A stretch of DNA of 64,000 nt from Macrostomum lignano (lineage: Eukaryota): assembly GCA_002269645.1 (NCBI GenBank), contig NIVC01000858.1, forward strand, positions 124,001-188,000, given 5' to 3'. A program made the translations under genes and the position numbers. Below are positions 1 through 25,791 of the stretch, piece by piece. Every line of letters begins with the position of its first letter. Position 1 is the stretch's first letter. The notes beneath the pieces are model-generated. The model was not told the origin of the DNA, made no database searches, and saw only the letters and a program-made list of their open reading frames with translations.

Positions 1-397
1 TGGGACAGCTTGTAATTGTCTTCTCCACAAAACCTATTGTTTTTACAGGGATCTTTAAAGTGTTCAAGTCTGCTTTCAATAAAAATACCAAGGACTACTA
101 CCGTAGTCCTTAATTGTTACCAACATTTTTACTCGAAGCCTTAGTGCTTTTAGGACGGGAGACTCGTTTCTTAGAAAACATTTTGGGCCTGATCATGAGA
201 GAAAAATACACACTGCGGAGACGAGAAATTTTCAAGGCAAGGTGGTCGTGGAGTCCGGCTTTTGTGTCATAGTTATAACGTGATGGATTTTTTACAAATG
301 AAAAAAATAATGATTATGGCATTTAGGCAAAAAAATCGATCTCCTTTTTGGGTAAATGATAATTTTCTCGGGGTCCCGGCATTTGGGCTTAAAAGAT

Positions 398-399
<2 letters not shown>

Positions 400-438
<39 letters not shown>
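400..438. repeat. (ATT)n microsatellite
   Basis: About 12 perfect ATT units read directly. Confidence 0.95.
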
Positions 439-1690
439 CAATTTATGCCATGTGTTTTACTTTTCAGCTAGGCTTTGGAATGGATTAGATTCTTTAATCC
501 ATTTAACGGCTTAACGTTCGTTCAGACCGTCATCAAATAAGGCCACTTTTCGCGTGATCAAGGGGCTTCTGTATATTTTTTGTCGCTTTGTTTATCGGTC
601 GTGTGAGTTGATGGCTCATTTGATGGCGGTGTGAATGCAGAGAGCATTTAATTATCTACAAGTACATGTGAGGAAGAATTAGCCGAAAGTGTTGCTTTTT
701 GCATTGTTGAATATAATTAAAAGAGCAGACACCACGAGAAGTGGATCATACCTTATACATATGAAACCGCAGATGTGGATTGAATTTCTCTTAATAAATA
801 AACTCGGTAGAGGCAGCATTCGATTGATTGACGACGGAAAATGTCAGATCAGACCGTGAAAATTGAAAGGACAGAGGAAACTTCCAAAGTGTTTGGAAAC
901 ATTTTTCAACATTTTTTGCTCATCGAGTCGTCGCTTGTTGCATGCGAAATGAATAGATCAGGATACGGTTATGAAGTGCTTAAGAATGCCCATACAGGAC
1001 ATCCGTTAAAACATTCCAAATAATATAGAGCAGAAAACCTCAGACCGTTACAGAAAGCGATCGGATTTAGGCAAGAAGCGAGTGTGCTAAGTGTGTCTGA
1101 ATCATCTTATTGAAAGACATTTTACCAGGCGCACAGCGTCGCAGTCGCGCAAGCCGTGCGAATTCCACAGAAGCCCCTTTTGGCTACATCTGTCTGAAAT
1201 CTATACCTTGCCAGATAATTCTGCAAGCGAGTCGGCTAACACATTGCACGCTGCATGAGTCACGGCAAGCTGCGGAAAGATCTGTTTTAGCGATGACGAT
1301 TCGCTTCGCAAAAGCTTCCGCTGAGAATTTGTGTAGTAGAAGCTATCAGCTATCAGCTATGCTGCATGGAGTGGGTGGGCATGTGTGAGCCACTGCTGCA
1401 GAGTGTCATACATGCATAAAATTGGATTCGTTACACACCGCCTCTAGGCAGCTTTTATTCGGTATTTGAGGGCCTGAATTAGCCTAAGCTCCTAACAGCC
1501 AACTATCTAAGCCAGGTGCTCAGCGATCCTCAATTCTAAAGAAGTTTTCTGCTCGCGACACCTTCAATACCCTCCGCTGGGAGTTCCTTCGCTGTCTGCG
1601 AGGAGACAGAAGATTCTCAGCGCGACGCGATCGACAGCTGCTGAGCTGTACTCTGGACGTCTGTCCACTGGCTCCGGCTCTCAAAGTCCC

Positions 1691-1697
1691 TATAAAA
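1691..1697 (+). promoter_or_regulatory. TATA box of the beta-tubulin gene
   Basis: TATAAAA about 100 nt upstream of ATG 1792, followed about 20 nt later by Inr-like CACTCAG. Confidence 0.6.
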
Positions 1698-1791
1698 ACT
1701 CCGAGTACTCCACTCAGGCCAAGCACTTGGCGGGGCAGCTCAGCTAACTGTAAAACCCAATAGCTAGTTGGTGAGCTTCAGGCAGAAAGCC

Positions 1792-3470
<1,679 letters not shown>

Positions 3471-4093
3471 TGACGGTCGCAGCTTTACTTCAAGTTTCAT
3501 TTGCTTCTGGTGGTGTCAGTGGTTTCTATAAGGAAACGGTCGCTATACCGTTTCCCATGCGTTTTGATTAACAAATTCTCCATATAGTACTTCGGCCACC
3601 TGCTCAATAGCTGCCCTCCCTGATATCCGTATGGCCTCCGGCTTGTGGCAAGGAGTCCGGTATAAACTGAAAATCCTGCCCGTGCTGTACCTTTTTGGTT
3701 TCTGGCATCTGTGAGTGACATTCCTCTGTCCTACAATGCTGTCCCTTCGAGTCTTTTACGAGATTCAGTAAGCCTCCCCCCAATGTTGGCGCTTTTGATT
3801 TGCCCTGCGTTTGAAGCGTAGGCGCTGTCGAGCTGGATGCGGCATCCCCTCACTCGCTTTGTTTGGGTTGACTTTGTCCGTTTCTGCTTCTAAATTAATT
3901 TAAAGTTGGGGATTATCCACAGTTTTCAATAAATTTCAATCTGCTTCAAGACTTTATTTAGCGTTCTATTCAGTTCATCTTCACGACGCTCCTGTGTGCC
4001 GGTGCATCGATGCGTCACTGCGACAGGGCGGATGGGCAGTTTGTTGGTTCAACTCATTCATTTGACGGCCTTCAGCTGTTGCGAGAGATGCCT

Positions 4094-4705
4094 GCAAGCT
4101 GTCTTGGTTGCAAGATGTGTCTTGGTAGCAAGATGTGTCTTGGTAGCAAGCTGTGTCTTGGTTGCAAGCTGTGTCTTGGTTGCAAGCTGTGTCTTGGTTG
4201 CAAGCTGTGTCTTGGTTGCAAGCTGTGTCTTGGTTGCAAGCTGTGTCTTGGTTGCAAGCTGTGTCTTGGTTGCAAGCTGTGTCTTGGTTGCAAGCTGTGT
4301 CTTGGTTGCAAGCTGTGTCTTGGTTGCAAGCTGTGTCTTGGTTGCAAGCTGTGTCTTGGTTGCAAGCTGTGTCTTGGTTGCAAGCTGTGTCTTGGTTGCA
4401 AGCTGTGTCTTGGTTGCAAGCTGTGTCTTGGTTGCAAGCTGTGTCTTGGTTGCAAGATGTGTCTTGGTTGCAAGCTGTGTCTTGGTTGCAAGCTGTGTCT
4501 TGGTAGCAAGCTGTGTCTTGGTTGCAAGCTGTGTCTTGGTTGCAAGCTGTGTCTTGGTTGCAAGCTGTGTCTTGGTTGCAAGCTGTGTCTTGGTTGCAAG
4601 CTGTGTCTTGGTTGCAAGCTGTGTCTTGGTTGCAAGCTGTGTCTTGGTTGCAAGCTGTGTCTTGGTTGCAAGCTGTGTCTTGGTTGCAAGCTGTGTCTTG
4701 GTTGC
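4094..4705. repeat. 18-bp minisatellite (GCAAGCTGTGTCTTGGTT), about 34 copies
   Basis: Nearly homogeneous tandem array; explains the ORFs in all six frames here. Confidence 0.97.
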
Positions 4706-6365
4706 ACAAATTCACACACACTAAAAAGCTCACAGCACCAGCACGGCCGTCATCGAAGGCACATGAGCAAGTGTAAATTTGCTAACTGTCAAGAAACAGA
4801 GAATTCCGCTGAGAAGTTATTCTTGAAAGATGCTGAGACTCGCGATGGCTCTGAGTTTCACAAAAACAAATTAAAATACTGATTGGAGCGCCTCAACCTT
4901 GATGTTGCTGGCAGGTACGAGCTAGCTCAGCTCGCAACGTTAAATAACTAAATATTTTTGTCATTCCTCTGCCAAAAAGTATAATTTCCAATTAAATTTC
5001 AATTTATTAGCTATTTCAAAAAGGACAAACCCATTTTGTATATTGCTGACTTAAGAGCTCAAATAAATTATAGCCGAGTTGATAATGCGAGTACTCAGTT
5101 TAATGCACTTTTCAGGTAATCAATGAATGAAATTTCGTCGCAAATTTTCCATAGTCGATTGGTCCGTTGGTTATAGTCAAACGGGCACCAAATTAGTGTT
5201 CAGTTCGGTGAGTGAGTGCATTTTTGTAAAAAAAATGGCGGTAGCAAACGGCATCAGCTCATTGAGCGCATCTTCATGTATTGCATACGACATCCTGCCT
5301 CTCGACTGCTCGGTCTTGTGAAGGTGGAATAGGGCTGCGAGTGAAGTAGCATGGAGAAGCCGTAATCTGTGTTTGGCGTTCTCCATGACTGAAGGAACAC
5401 TATGGATTAACACTCAGGACCGAGACTCAACGAAAACTTCACGTGGCAAGATTCCGCCAGTTCCTCAATGAGAAGGGGCTCTGCCAGGAGTTTGAGCTGT
5501 ACCGGATCGGTTCCTAAACGATTATCTGAGGCTTTTCTATTCGTCTCTTCGAAACTAGGGTGGAACATACTACGCACTGAAGTTTCTCATCTGTTTTCGA
5601 GTGGCCATTCAACGGCACCTGGAATCCCCGTCCGTAAATCGCCAGGTGAACATTATTACCGGAGAATCATTACCGTAGGAGCAAAGTTACTCCTTCGTTG
5701 CTTTTGTTGTTTGTAGTTTTCATGCTTCGATTCTTTTCTATAGCCAAATGCTTCCGTTAATTTTCCGGGCAACAATCCAAAACCGCCGGCAAGCAACTGG
5801 GTTATTGCCGAAAGTCTTACTGCCGAAAACCATAGACAAAGGGTACAATGCAAAGAATCAGCGGTCGCAGCACTTAACAACGAATTGTCTATGGCTCGCG
5901 CCGGAGACAACCATTGTCACGCACTGGGACCGTTGATTGTATCGCTGAAAGAGCAACTTCCTTCTCGGCTGCTTATCCTTGTATTGCTACTATTCTATGA
6001 AATCAAAATTCAATCTCATTCCCCGATCTTCGGATTTCCACACACTGACTCGGCAGCGAGTTAAATCCTACGGGGGATTATTTTTAACTTTCATCAGCCA
6101 AATTGACCATGGATTATTTCAGATGAGCAATCCATAGTATTCCTTCATCCCTAGACGTTCTCGGACTGGTTGCCAATGGCAGCTGTATCTATTATAAGTC
6201 CACGAAGCCTCCCACTCAGCAGTTTGCGATTGCCGCTGATTGGCTGCCCGATGACACTGGGCTCCGCTGTGCTGCTTCTAAAGCTGATCTGAGCCTCTCC
6301 TGGCTGCTGCCTGCTCGACTCTCATCACCTGCCGCTGCTCCCTCTCTGGCGCTCTGACACTGCAG

Positions 6366-7878
6366 ATGCTGCGACTCCTCTCACTCTTCGCTGTCGCCCT
6401 CGCGCTGCTGGCGGCCCAGGCCTCGGTGTCGGCCTCCCCAGTCGGCAAGCGCTTTCTGTTCTGGCCCTGCCTCGGCTGGGGCGCCGGCTGCCAGCAGGAG
6501 GAGGCGGACGCGACGGTGCCGCACAAGGCTGGCGGTGGGCATCGACAGAGCGTCTTCTTCCGCAGCAGCTGGTACCCGGGAGTGAAGCGAGGTCGTGGAG
6601 GTAATTTTGATAACTCACTTTCTATGAATTTCGATCAATTTTTTCTGCTTTAGAAAGCCATCAAAAGCAGAGTGAGCTCTGTACGTCAATAAGCAGAGTG
6701 AGCTTTGTGGCCTATCGTAGATCCCCATCAGGCTGTCCTGTGAGAGCTTGCGAATTTCCAATTTAGGCCTATCGCTTCTGAAGAGGATCGGCTCTACAGC
6801 GCTTCGTAAAAAATGCCTTAAAAATCATAAATTCATGCTTGATGAGCTCATCTGCCGATGCTTATCCTGAACAGCAGTTGCCCCTGATTCCAGCCCCTAT
6901 CCTGATATGAGCACTTACACTCTTATCATAAAGTGGTTCCAAGCACACTACTAATTGAATCCACCTGTTAACGGATTCAAAATTGAGTGAGAAGTGTTTT
7001 TACCTGCAAACTGTTAAAACCCATATTATCAGATGCTGCTGAGTGGAATCAGGCTGTCCTGTGAGAGCTTGCGAATTTCCAATTTAGAAGGCCTATCACT
7101 TCTGAAGAGGATCGGCTCTACAGCGCTTCGTAAAAAATCCCTTAAAAATCAATAAATTCATGCTTGATGAGCTCATCTGCCGATGCTTATCCTGAACAGC
7201 AGTTGCCCCTGATTCCAGCCCCTATATATCCTGATATGAGCACTTACACTCTTATCATAAAGTGGTTGCAAGCACACTAATTGAATCCACCTGTTAACGG
7301 ATTCAAAATTGAGTGAGAAGTGTTTTTACCAGCAAACTGTTAAAACCCATATTATCAAATGCTGCTGAGTGGAATTAATTTGCTTCCTTGGCAGATCTAG
7401 TGCATAGGAACCATTAGTGATTAGAATTTTGCTCGTCTATTTAGCGAAAATTTCAGTCAGTCAGTCAGTCAGTCAGTCAGTCAGTCAGTCAGTCAGTCAG
7501 TCAGTCAGTCAGCCAGTCAGTCAGTCAGTCAGTCAGTCAGTCAGTCAGTCAGTCAGTCAGTCAGTCAGTCAGTCAGTCAGTCAGTCAGTCAGTCAGTCAG
7601 TCAGTCAGTCAGTCAGTCAGTCAGTCAGTCAGTCAGTCAGTCAGTCAGTCAGTCAGTCAGTCAGTCAGTCAGTCAGTCAGTCAGTCAGTCGTCAGTCAGT
7701 CAGTCAGTCAGTCAGTCAGTCAGTCAGTCAGTCAGTCAGTCATCAGTCAGTCAGGCAGTCAGTCAGTCAGTCAGTCAGTCAGTCAGTCAGTCAGTCAGTC
7801 AGTCAGTCAGTCAGTCAGTCAATTTTACTTGCTTCATTTGCAGCTAGGTTTCGCGCTGATAGGAGGAAGACCGACTGA
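6366..7878 (+). CDS. Small secreted neuropeptide-like precursor; proposed exons 6366-6600 and 7844-7878 (89 aa)
   Basis: Hydrophobic signal peptide MLRLLSLFAVALALLAAQASVSA, GKR and KR dibasic sites, Cys pair in WPCLGWGAGC. Donor GGAG|GTAATT at 6601; phase-compatible acceptor TTTTACTTGCTTCATTTGCAG at 7843; AATAAA at 8154. Without splicing the ORF ends at 6653. Confidence 0.65.
6727..7375. repeat. Tandem duplication of about 320-330 bp (6727-7047 / 7048-7375)
   Basis: Both copies start ATCAGGCTGTCCTGTGAGAGC and end GATGCTGCTGAGTGGAAT (AATGCTG in copy 2), with only a few small indels or substitutions. Confidence 0.92.
7453..7820. repeat. (TCAG)n microsatellite, about 90 units
   Basis: Direct reading, few interruptions. 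Confidence 0.97.
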
Positions 7879-9337
7879 AAACGACTCAGGCGCCTCGGTG
7901 GGCAGCGCAGCGCATCGGCAGACTCAGCGCAGAGAATGGAACTGTTGATTCCCTGCCACCTGCCAACGTGTTTAACAAGCACCCGTTCCGGCAGTCAGCA
8001 AATAAATGTTACAAACTGTGAAATATTGGCAAACTGCAGTCTTGTTAATAATGCAAATTAAGGCTTGAAAATGATCAGAGAGGTAAAGACCTGTAGAAAT
8101 TATACCGAAAGCAAACTTCGAAGCTATCCAGTATGTAATATACAGTACTTGTAAATAAATATGCATATGCATACTTGTAGCTCAGCTCATTAACTATACG
8201 GTCACTTATAGTGAGATCAATTAATAATGACCATTCTAATTATGTGTAAACAAATGTGTTGAAAAGCCAGTCTTGAAAAATACGAATTAACCCGAATAGG
8301 AATACAAGTACCAAATATATGGAAACTAAACTAAACCTACTTTTGTCACTTAGAGTATAGTCACAATCTTCCTCCCCAAGGATATAATATAATAATTATA
8401 TATAATTAAGGACGCTTAGCTATAGGGTTCCGCGCAAGCGCCTGCCTGCAAGTCAGCGATAGGCGATTCAGTAAGAGTGACAGTGCAGATCTGGCCGCGG
8501 CGCATGCAGTTGCTCGGTCGGCCGGTGCATCAGGGCAGGGCCAGAGGGACGGCCGCGCACCGCGGCACAGGGTCCGTAGGAAGTGCAGCCCAGCAGCATC
8601 CGACGGCCCTGGTGAAGTGTACTTCTCAGGGGCGGAGCTCCAGTGCATGTCTTCAGAGCGTTTGTCGGCAGGCGCTCCAGTTAGTACACGCTAAGCGCGT
8701 AGCGCAGCAGCGATCTCGCGTCCGCGGGCTCCGCTGCTCTCGCGTGTGTTTGTCGGCGGCCACAGCTAGCTTTCCTTCATCGTTACAGGAAGGATCGGAT
8801 CGGGTGCACCTTCAGATAGTCTCTAAAAGCTGACTTGAAGACGTTTCTGGGAAGGTGCACACCAGGCCTGGTTCTGTAGGAGACATGATGGCAATTGAGG
8901 TTGATAATTACCAGCTAAGCGCCGAGATATGGGGAGTTCTCGGTACACCACGACGCGGTCTCGCTGGGGACTTAACAACAGTTGAAATTTTTTCAAAAAG
9001 AAATTCTGGTCACTATTTTCTTCAGGAAAAAGAAAAAGCAAAAAGCATCAGCCCTGTAAGCCCACCTATCGGTACCCCGTTGAGCTTCGGTCTCCAGGCT
9101 ATTATTAAAATCTAAGTTTGCCCACTCCCAAGGTTCTAATTATCGCTCTGTCAGCTAGAGTGCTGACGACGCCGCCTAAAACTTTACTATTTTTTCGATC
9201 TCAAAATAACTTTAGATTTGTTTTTCTGAATGTCTTTCTATTTTTTAATCATAGCTTTTTCCGGGAAATACCACAGAGGTCAATTTTAGTGTGTCCCATT
9301 TCCCATCGTTTGACACAATTTGCTTTTATGTTTACCG

Positions 9338-10931
9338 CAGGAAATAAGAAGAAAGTAGACAAAATAGATTTACTTTTTTTGTTCTGTATATTTAAACTCA
9401 ACTATTTTTAGGACTACCTTTTGTATTTTCAGACTGTAGCTGTATCTCATTTGATTTATCTAATTTCTATTTTTCATTGTTGTATTGTAGTTGTAGGCAG
9501 GCAGGCCTATTCAGTCAGTGAGTTAGCACTAATAAAAATAAATAACAAAGTTTTAGTGACTTGTGGCTCCAAATAAAAACTTTCTAGCTAATTGATAAAG
9601 GTGAAGTTTAGCATAAGGATTCCACAGAGAACCATTTTAAACCATTGATAACTTTAAATAAACAATGTTATTATTGTTTTAACTTTTTATAAATTTTATG
9701 TAAATTTGCAAAGAAATTTTTATTCTTTTCAACCAAAAGTGCACCCAAGGGGGTAGTCCTTTGGCAGAGACCTAAAAATAAAAAGTAGGACCAGATGCAT
9801 TTTCCCAAAATTTCCAAAAATATATATCTTATCTAATCCCTTTTTGGTCTTTAGCCTACTTTCCAAAGCTGCCCCCTCAACAATTCTCTAATTGTACTAA
9901 TGATTTAACACAAATCCCAAATGATAAATAAATTTTGTATTTATTTATCATTTGGATAGTATTAAATATTGTTTATTAGTATTAATTATACTTTTTCTTT
10001 AGTTTTTATAAAAAAACTCTAATTTACTCTAAATTACATATAACTCTAAATTGGGATTCAGAACTTAGATCAGTAAGTAATTATTTAACTATAATAGTTA
10101 AGTATTGAAGTTAATAATAATGGATTTTATAAAATCAATATATTGGAAGTCTATATTGAAAATAATAGATTTTGCTTGAATATTCATTATACTAAAATAT
10201 AGCAAACATAGAAATTTATATAAATAATATAAGTTTTTGCTTATTATAAATTTGTACATTATTTTATTATGGTGCTCTCTATAGTAATCTTTTTTATAAG
10301 TGTAACATAATGCTATGTAGTATGTTTTATTGATTTTTTAACCATGGTAGACTATATTGCTAGTCTAATTTAGGCTCAAAAGTCATTTAAAAAGGAGTTG
10401 AAAGAAAAAAACATATAGTTAAGTTTAAGTAAGAACACTAAGAATGTAATATTAATAATTATATATAGGACCATGTCAAGAATAAAGCTTCAGATATTGG
10501 ATAAAATAATTAAAAATCTGGTTGCAAATAAACCTATATAATATTAATACCTTAAAGGAAGTGAATCTATTATATAATATATATTTATAATTTCAGTAGA
10601 TTAATTTAACAAAAAACTGAAAGACCTAAAGATCATAATTGAAATAAGGTAGATAAGAAAAAATATCATATATAGTCATTGTTAGACAAATATAGCAATA
10701 AATGGCTTCTGCAATAAAAAATAGCATTAAAGAATCAGATGAATTTATATACATGGAAAATGTGCTTGCACTCATGTTATACCCAAATAATGCCCAAACA
10801 TAATTTGGGTGTCAATATTTAAAGTTTTTGTAAAATACTACTTTCAGCTAAAATGCTATTTATCCATGTAATTGCATGGTGCCATGGCAACAAAGAAAAC
10901 AGTAGTCAGTACAAAGCCATATGCCTGCAAT
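9338..10931. other. AT-rich block without CpG, upstream of the first supported MROH1 coding exon
   Basis: No CG dinucleotide found by eye between about 9337 and 10932, although GC, CC and GG dinucleotides are present. Confidence 0.75.
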
Positions 10932-11033
10932 CGTCAGATAGATTGTGAGTTTCTGTTGCATTCCATTTAGCTTATGAAATTGCTCTGTATCTCATGAACT
11001 ACCTTGTCAAGCCCACACTGTCTCCAATTGCAG

Positions 11034-23669
<12,636 letters not shown>

Positions 23670-23811
23670 GCTGGCAGTCTGGGATGTAACTGGGATCTGA
23701 CTGGGATCTGACTGGCAATTGCCGTTAATTTTATGAACAAATTGATAAACCAGTGAAAAAATTGGGCTGATTTATTTTTGTCCAGCGCTACGAGTATCCT
23801 TTTCGTTTTTA

Positions 23812-24392
23812 TTGTAAGTCTTTGTTGGCCGCACTACCCCTGTTATTGTAGGACTTTGTTGGCCGCACTACCCCTGCTATTGTAGGACTTTGTTGGCCGC
23901 ACTGACTGACCCTTGTTATTGTAGGTCTTTGTTGGCCGCACTGACTGACCCTTGTTATTGTAGGTCTTTGTTCCTCATTGACCCCTCATATTGTAGGTCT
24001 GTGTTGGCCGCACTACCCCTGCTATTGTAGGTCTTTGTTGACTTCATTGAACCCTCATATTGTAGGTCTGTGTTGGCCGCACTACCCCTGCTATTGTAGG
24101 TCTTTGTTGGCTTCATTGAACCCTCATATTGTAGGTCTGTGTTGGCCGCACTACCCCTGCTATTGTAGGTCTTTGTTGGCTTCATTGACCCCTCATATTG
24201 TAGGTCTTTGTTGGCCGCACCATCCCTGCTATTGTAGGTCTTTGTTGGCCTCATTGACCTCTCATATTGTAGGTCTTTGTTGGCCGCACTACCCATGCTA
24301 TTGTAGGTCTTTGTTGGCCACACTACCCCTGTTATTGTAGGTCTTTGTTGGCCTTCTGACCCCTCTTATTGTGGGTGTTTGTTGGCCGCATT
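23812..24392. repeat. About 34-bp minisatellite, partly as an alternating dimer (about 68 bp)
   Basis: TATTGTAGGTC(T/G)TGTTGGCCGCACTACCCCTGC alternating with ...TTCATTGACCCCTCA units. Confidence 0.92.
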
Positions 24393-25094
24393 GGCATTGC
24401 CTGAGACCAAATTTTCCTAATCCTTCCTAATCCCAGGATTTTGCAACTTGCCCCAGAGTTTGAATTAGCAGCGCGCTGGCAAGCTACTATTAGTAGTGCG
24501 CATGCACTGATTCAGCAATGCTCTCATTGCCATTTCACCCGGACAGTTTTGCTACTTGTTTGCATCGATTTCCCATTAAGTTTGCAATTGTTGATTTCCA
24601 ATTTCTATTTGTTTGCCTCCTATGTGCCTGGCTTAATTATCAATACTTCTCTCGAGATCCCCATGTTTTCAGGATTTGCACTTTCTTAAAAACCCAGAAT
24701 CCATTCTGTTCAATACTTCGGACTTTGTTATTCAGTAGAGTTTTTATAACTTGCAACAATTCACGCTTGTAGCTTTCGTATTTTGCTACTGATGATTGCG
24801 GATATTTTAAGTAGTATTATTCGCGCATATTCTAGACTACGGTTTTATCTCAATAAGTCCATTATTCCTTTCAATGCGGCGTGCTGTTGAAGCAAGCACA
24901 GAGTAAGAGGTTCTCCAATACGGCTGTTGTGTGATGATTCCTAAATGCTATTTTTTACAAATCCATTGTGAACATTTTGCAGATTAAGCATCCACTAATG
25001 ATTTTGATTAGTTCTGGTGTTTAAATATAAAATTTGATTGTTTTCATTGTCTGTGTGTGATTTTAACTTTTTTTGCCATTAAACTGTCTCTCAT

Positions 25095-25690
25095 GTCATT
25101 AGACAGACTCCCGTGCCATTAGACAGACTCCTGTGCCATTAGACAGACTCCCGTGTCATTTGACAGGCTCCCGTGTCATTTGACAGGCTCCCGTGTCATT
25201 GACAGACTCCTGTGCCATTAGACAGACTCCTGTGCCATTAGACAGACTCCCGTGCCATTTGACAGGCTCCTGTGTCATTTGACAGGCTCCCGTGTCATTT
25301 GACAGGCTCCCGTGTCATTGACAGACTCCTGTGCCATTAGACAGACTCCTGTGCCATTAGACAGACTCCCGTGCCATTTGACAGGCTCCTGTGTCATTTG
25401 ACAGGCTCCCGTGTCATTTGACAGGCTCCCGTGTCATTGACAGACTCCTGTGCCATTAGACAGACTCCTGTGCCATTAGACAGACTCCCGTGCCATTTGA
25501 CAGGCTCCTGTGTCATTTGACAGGCTCCCGTGTCATTTGACAGGCTCCCGTGTCATTGACAGACTCCTGTGCCATTAGACAGACTCCCGTGGCATTAGAC
25601 AGACTCCCCTGTCATTAGACAGACTCCCGTGGCATTAGACAGACTCCCATGTGATTAGACAGCCTCTCATACCATTAGATAGACTCCTGT
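25095..25690. repeat. 20-bp minisatellite (TAGACAGACTCCCGTGCCAT) with a 6-unit higher-order repeat of about 119 bp
   Basis: The variant pattern recurs three times between about 25199 and 25555. Confidence 0.92.
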
Positions 25691-25791
25691 ACCAGTAGAG
25701 CAAGAGCAGTTGAAAGAAATCGAATTGAAAAAGAAACACTGCTGCACTACTTAAAGTAGCAGTTCAATCGAACCCCCCTCTCCACCATGCG

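Noticed and set aside
841-1388. Short ORFs upstream of beta-tubulin
   Set aside because: No homology cues, splice signals or codon bias.
8400-9100. Gene or LTR in the GC-rich region upstream of MROH1
   Set aside because: ORFs lack recognisable motifs and there is no paired LTR or primer-binding site; more likely promoter or 5' UTR.
24790-25020. Possible C/D snoRNAs (TGATGA boxes here and at about 53818)
   Set aside because: No properly placed CTGA D box or terminal stem.
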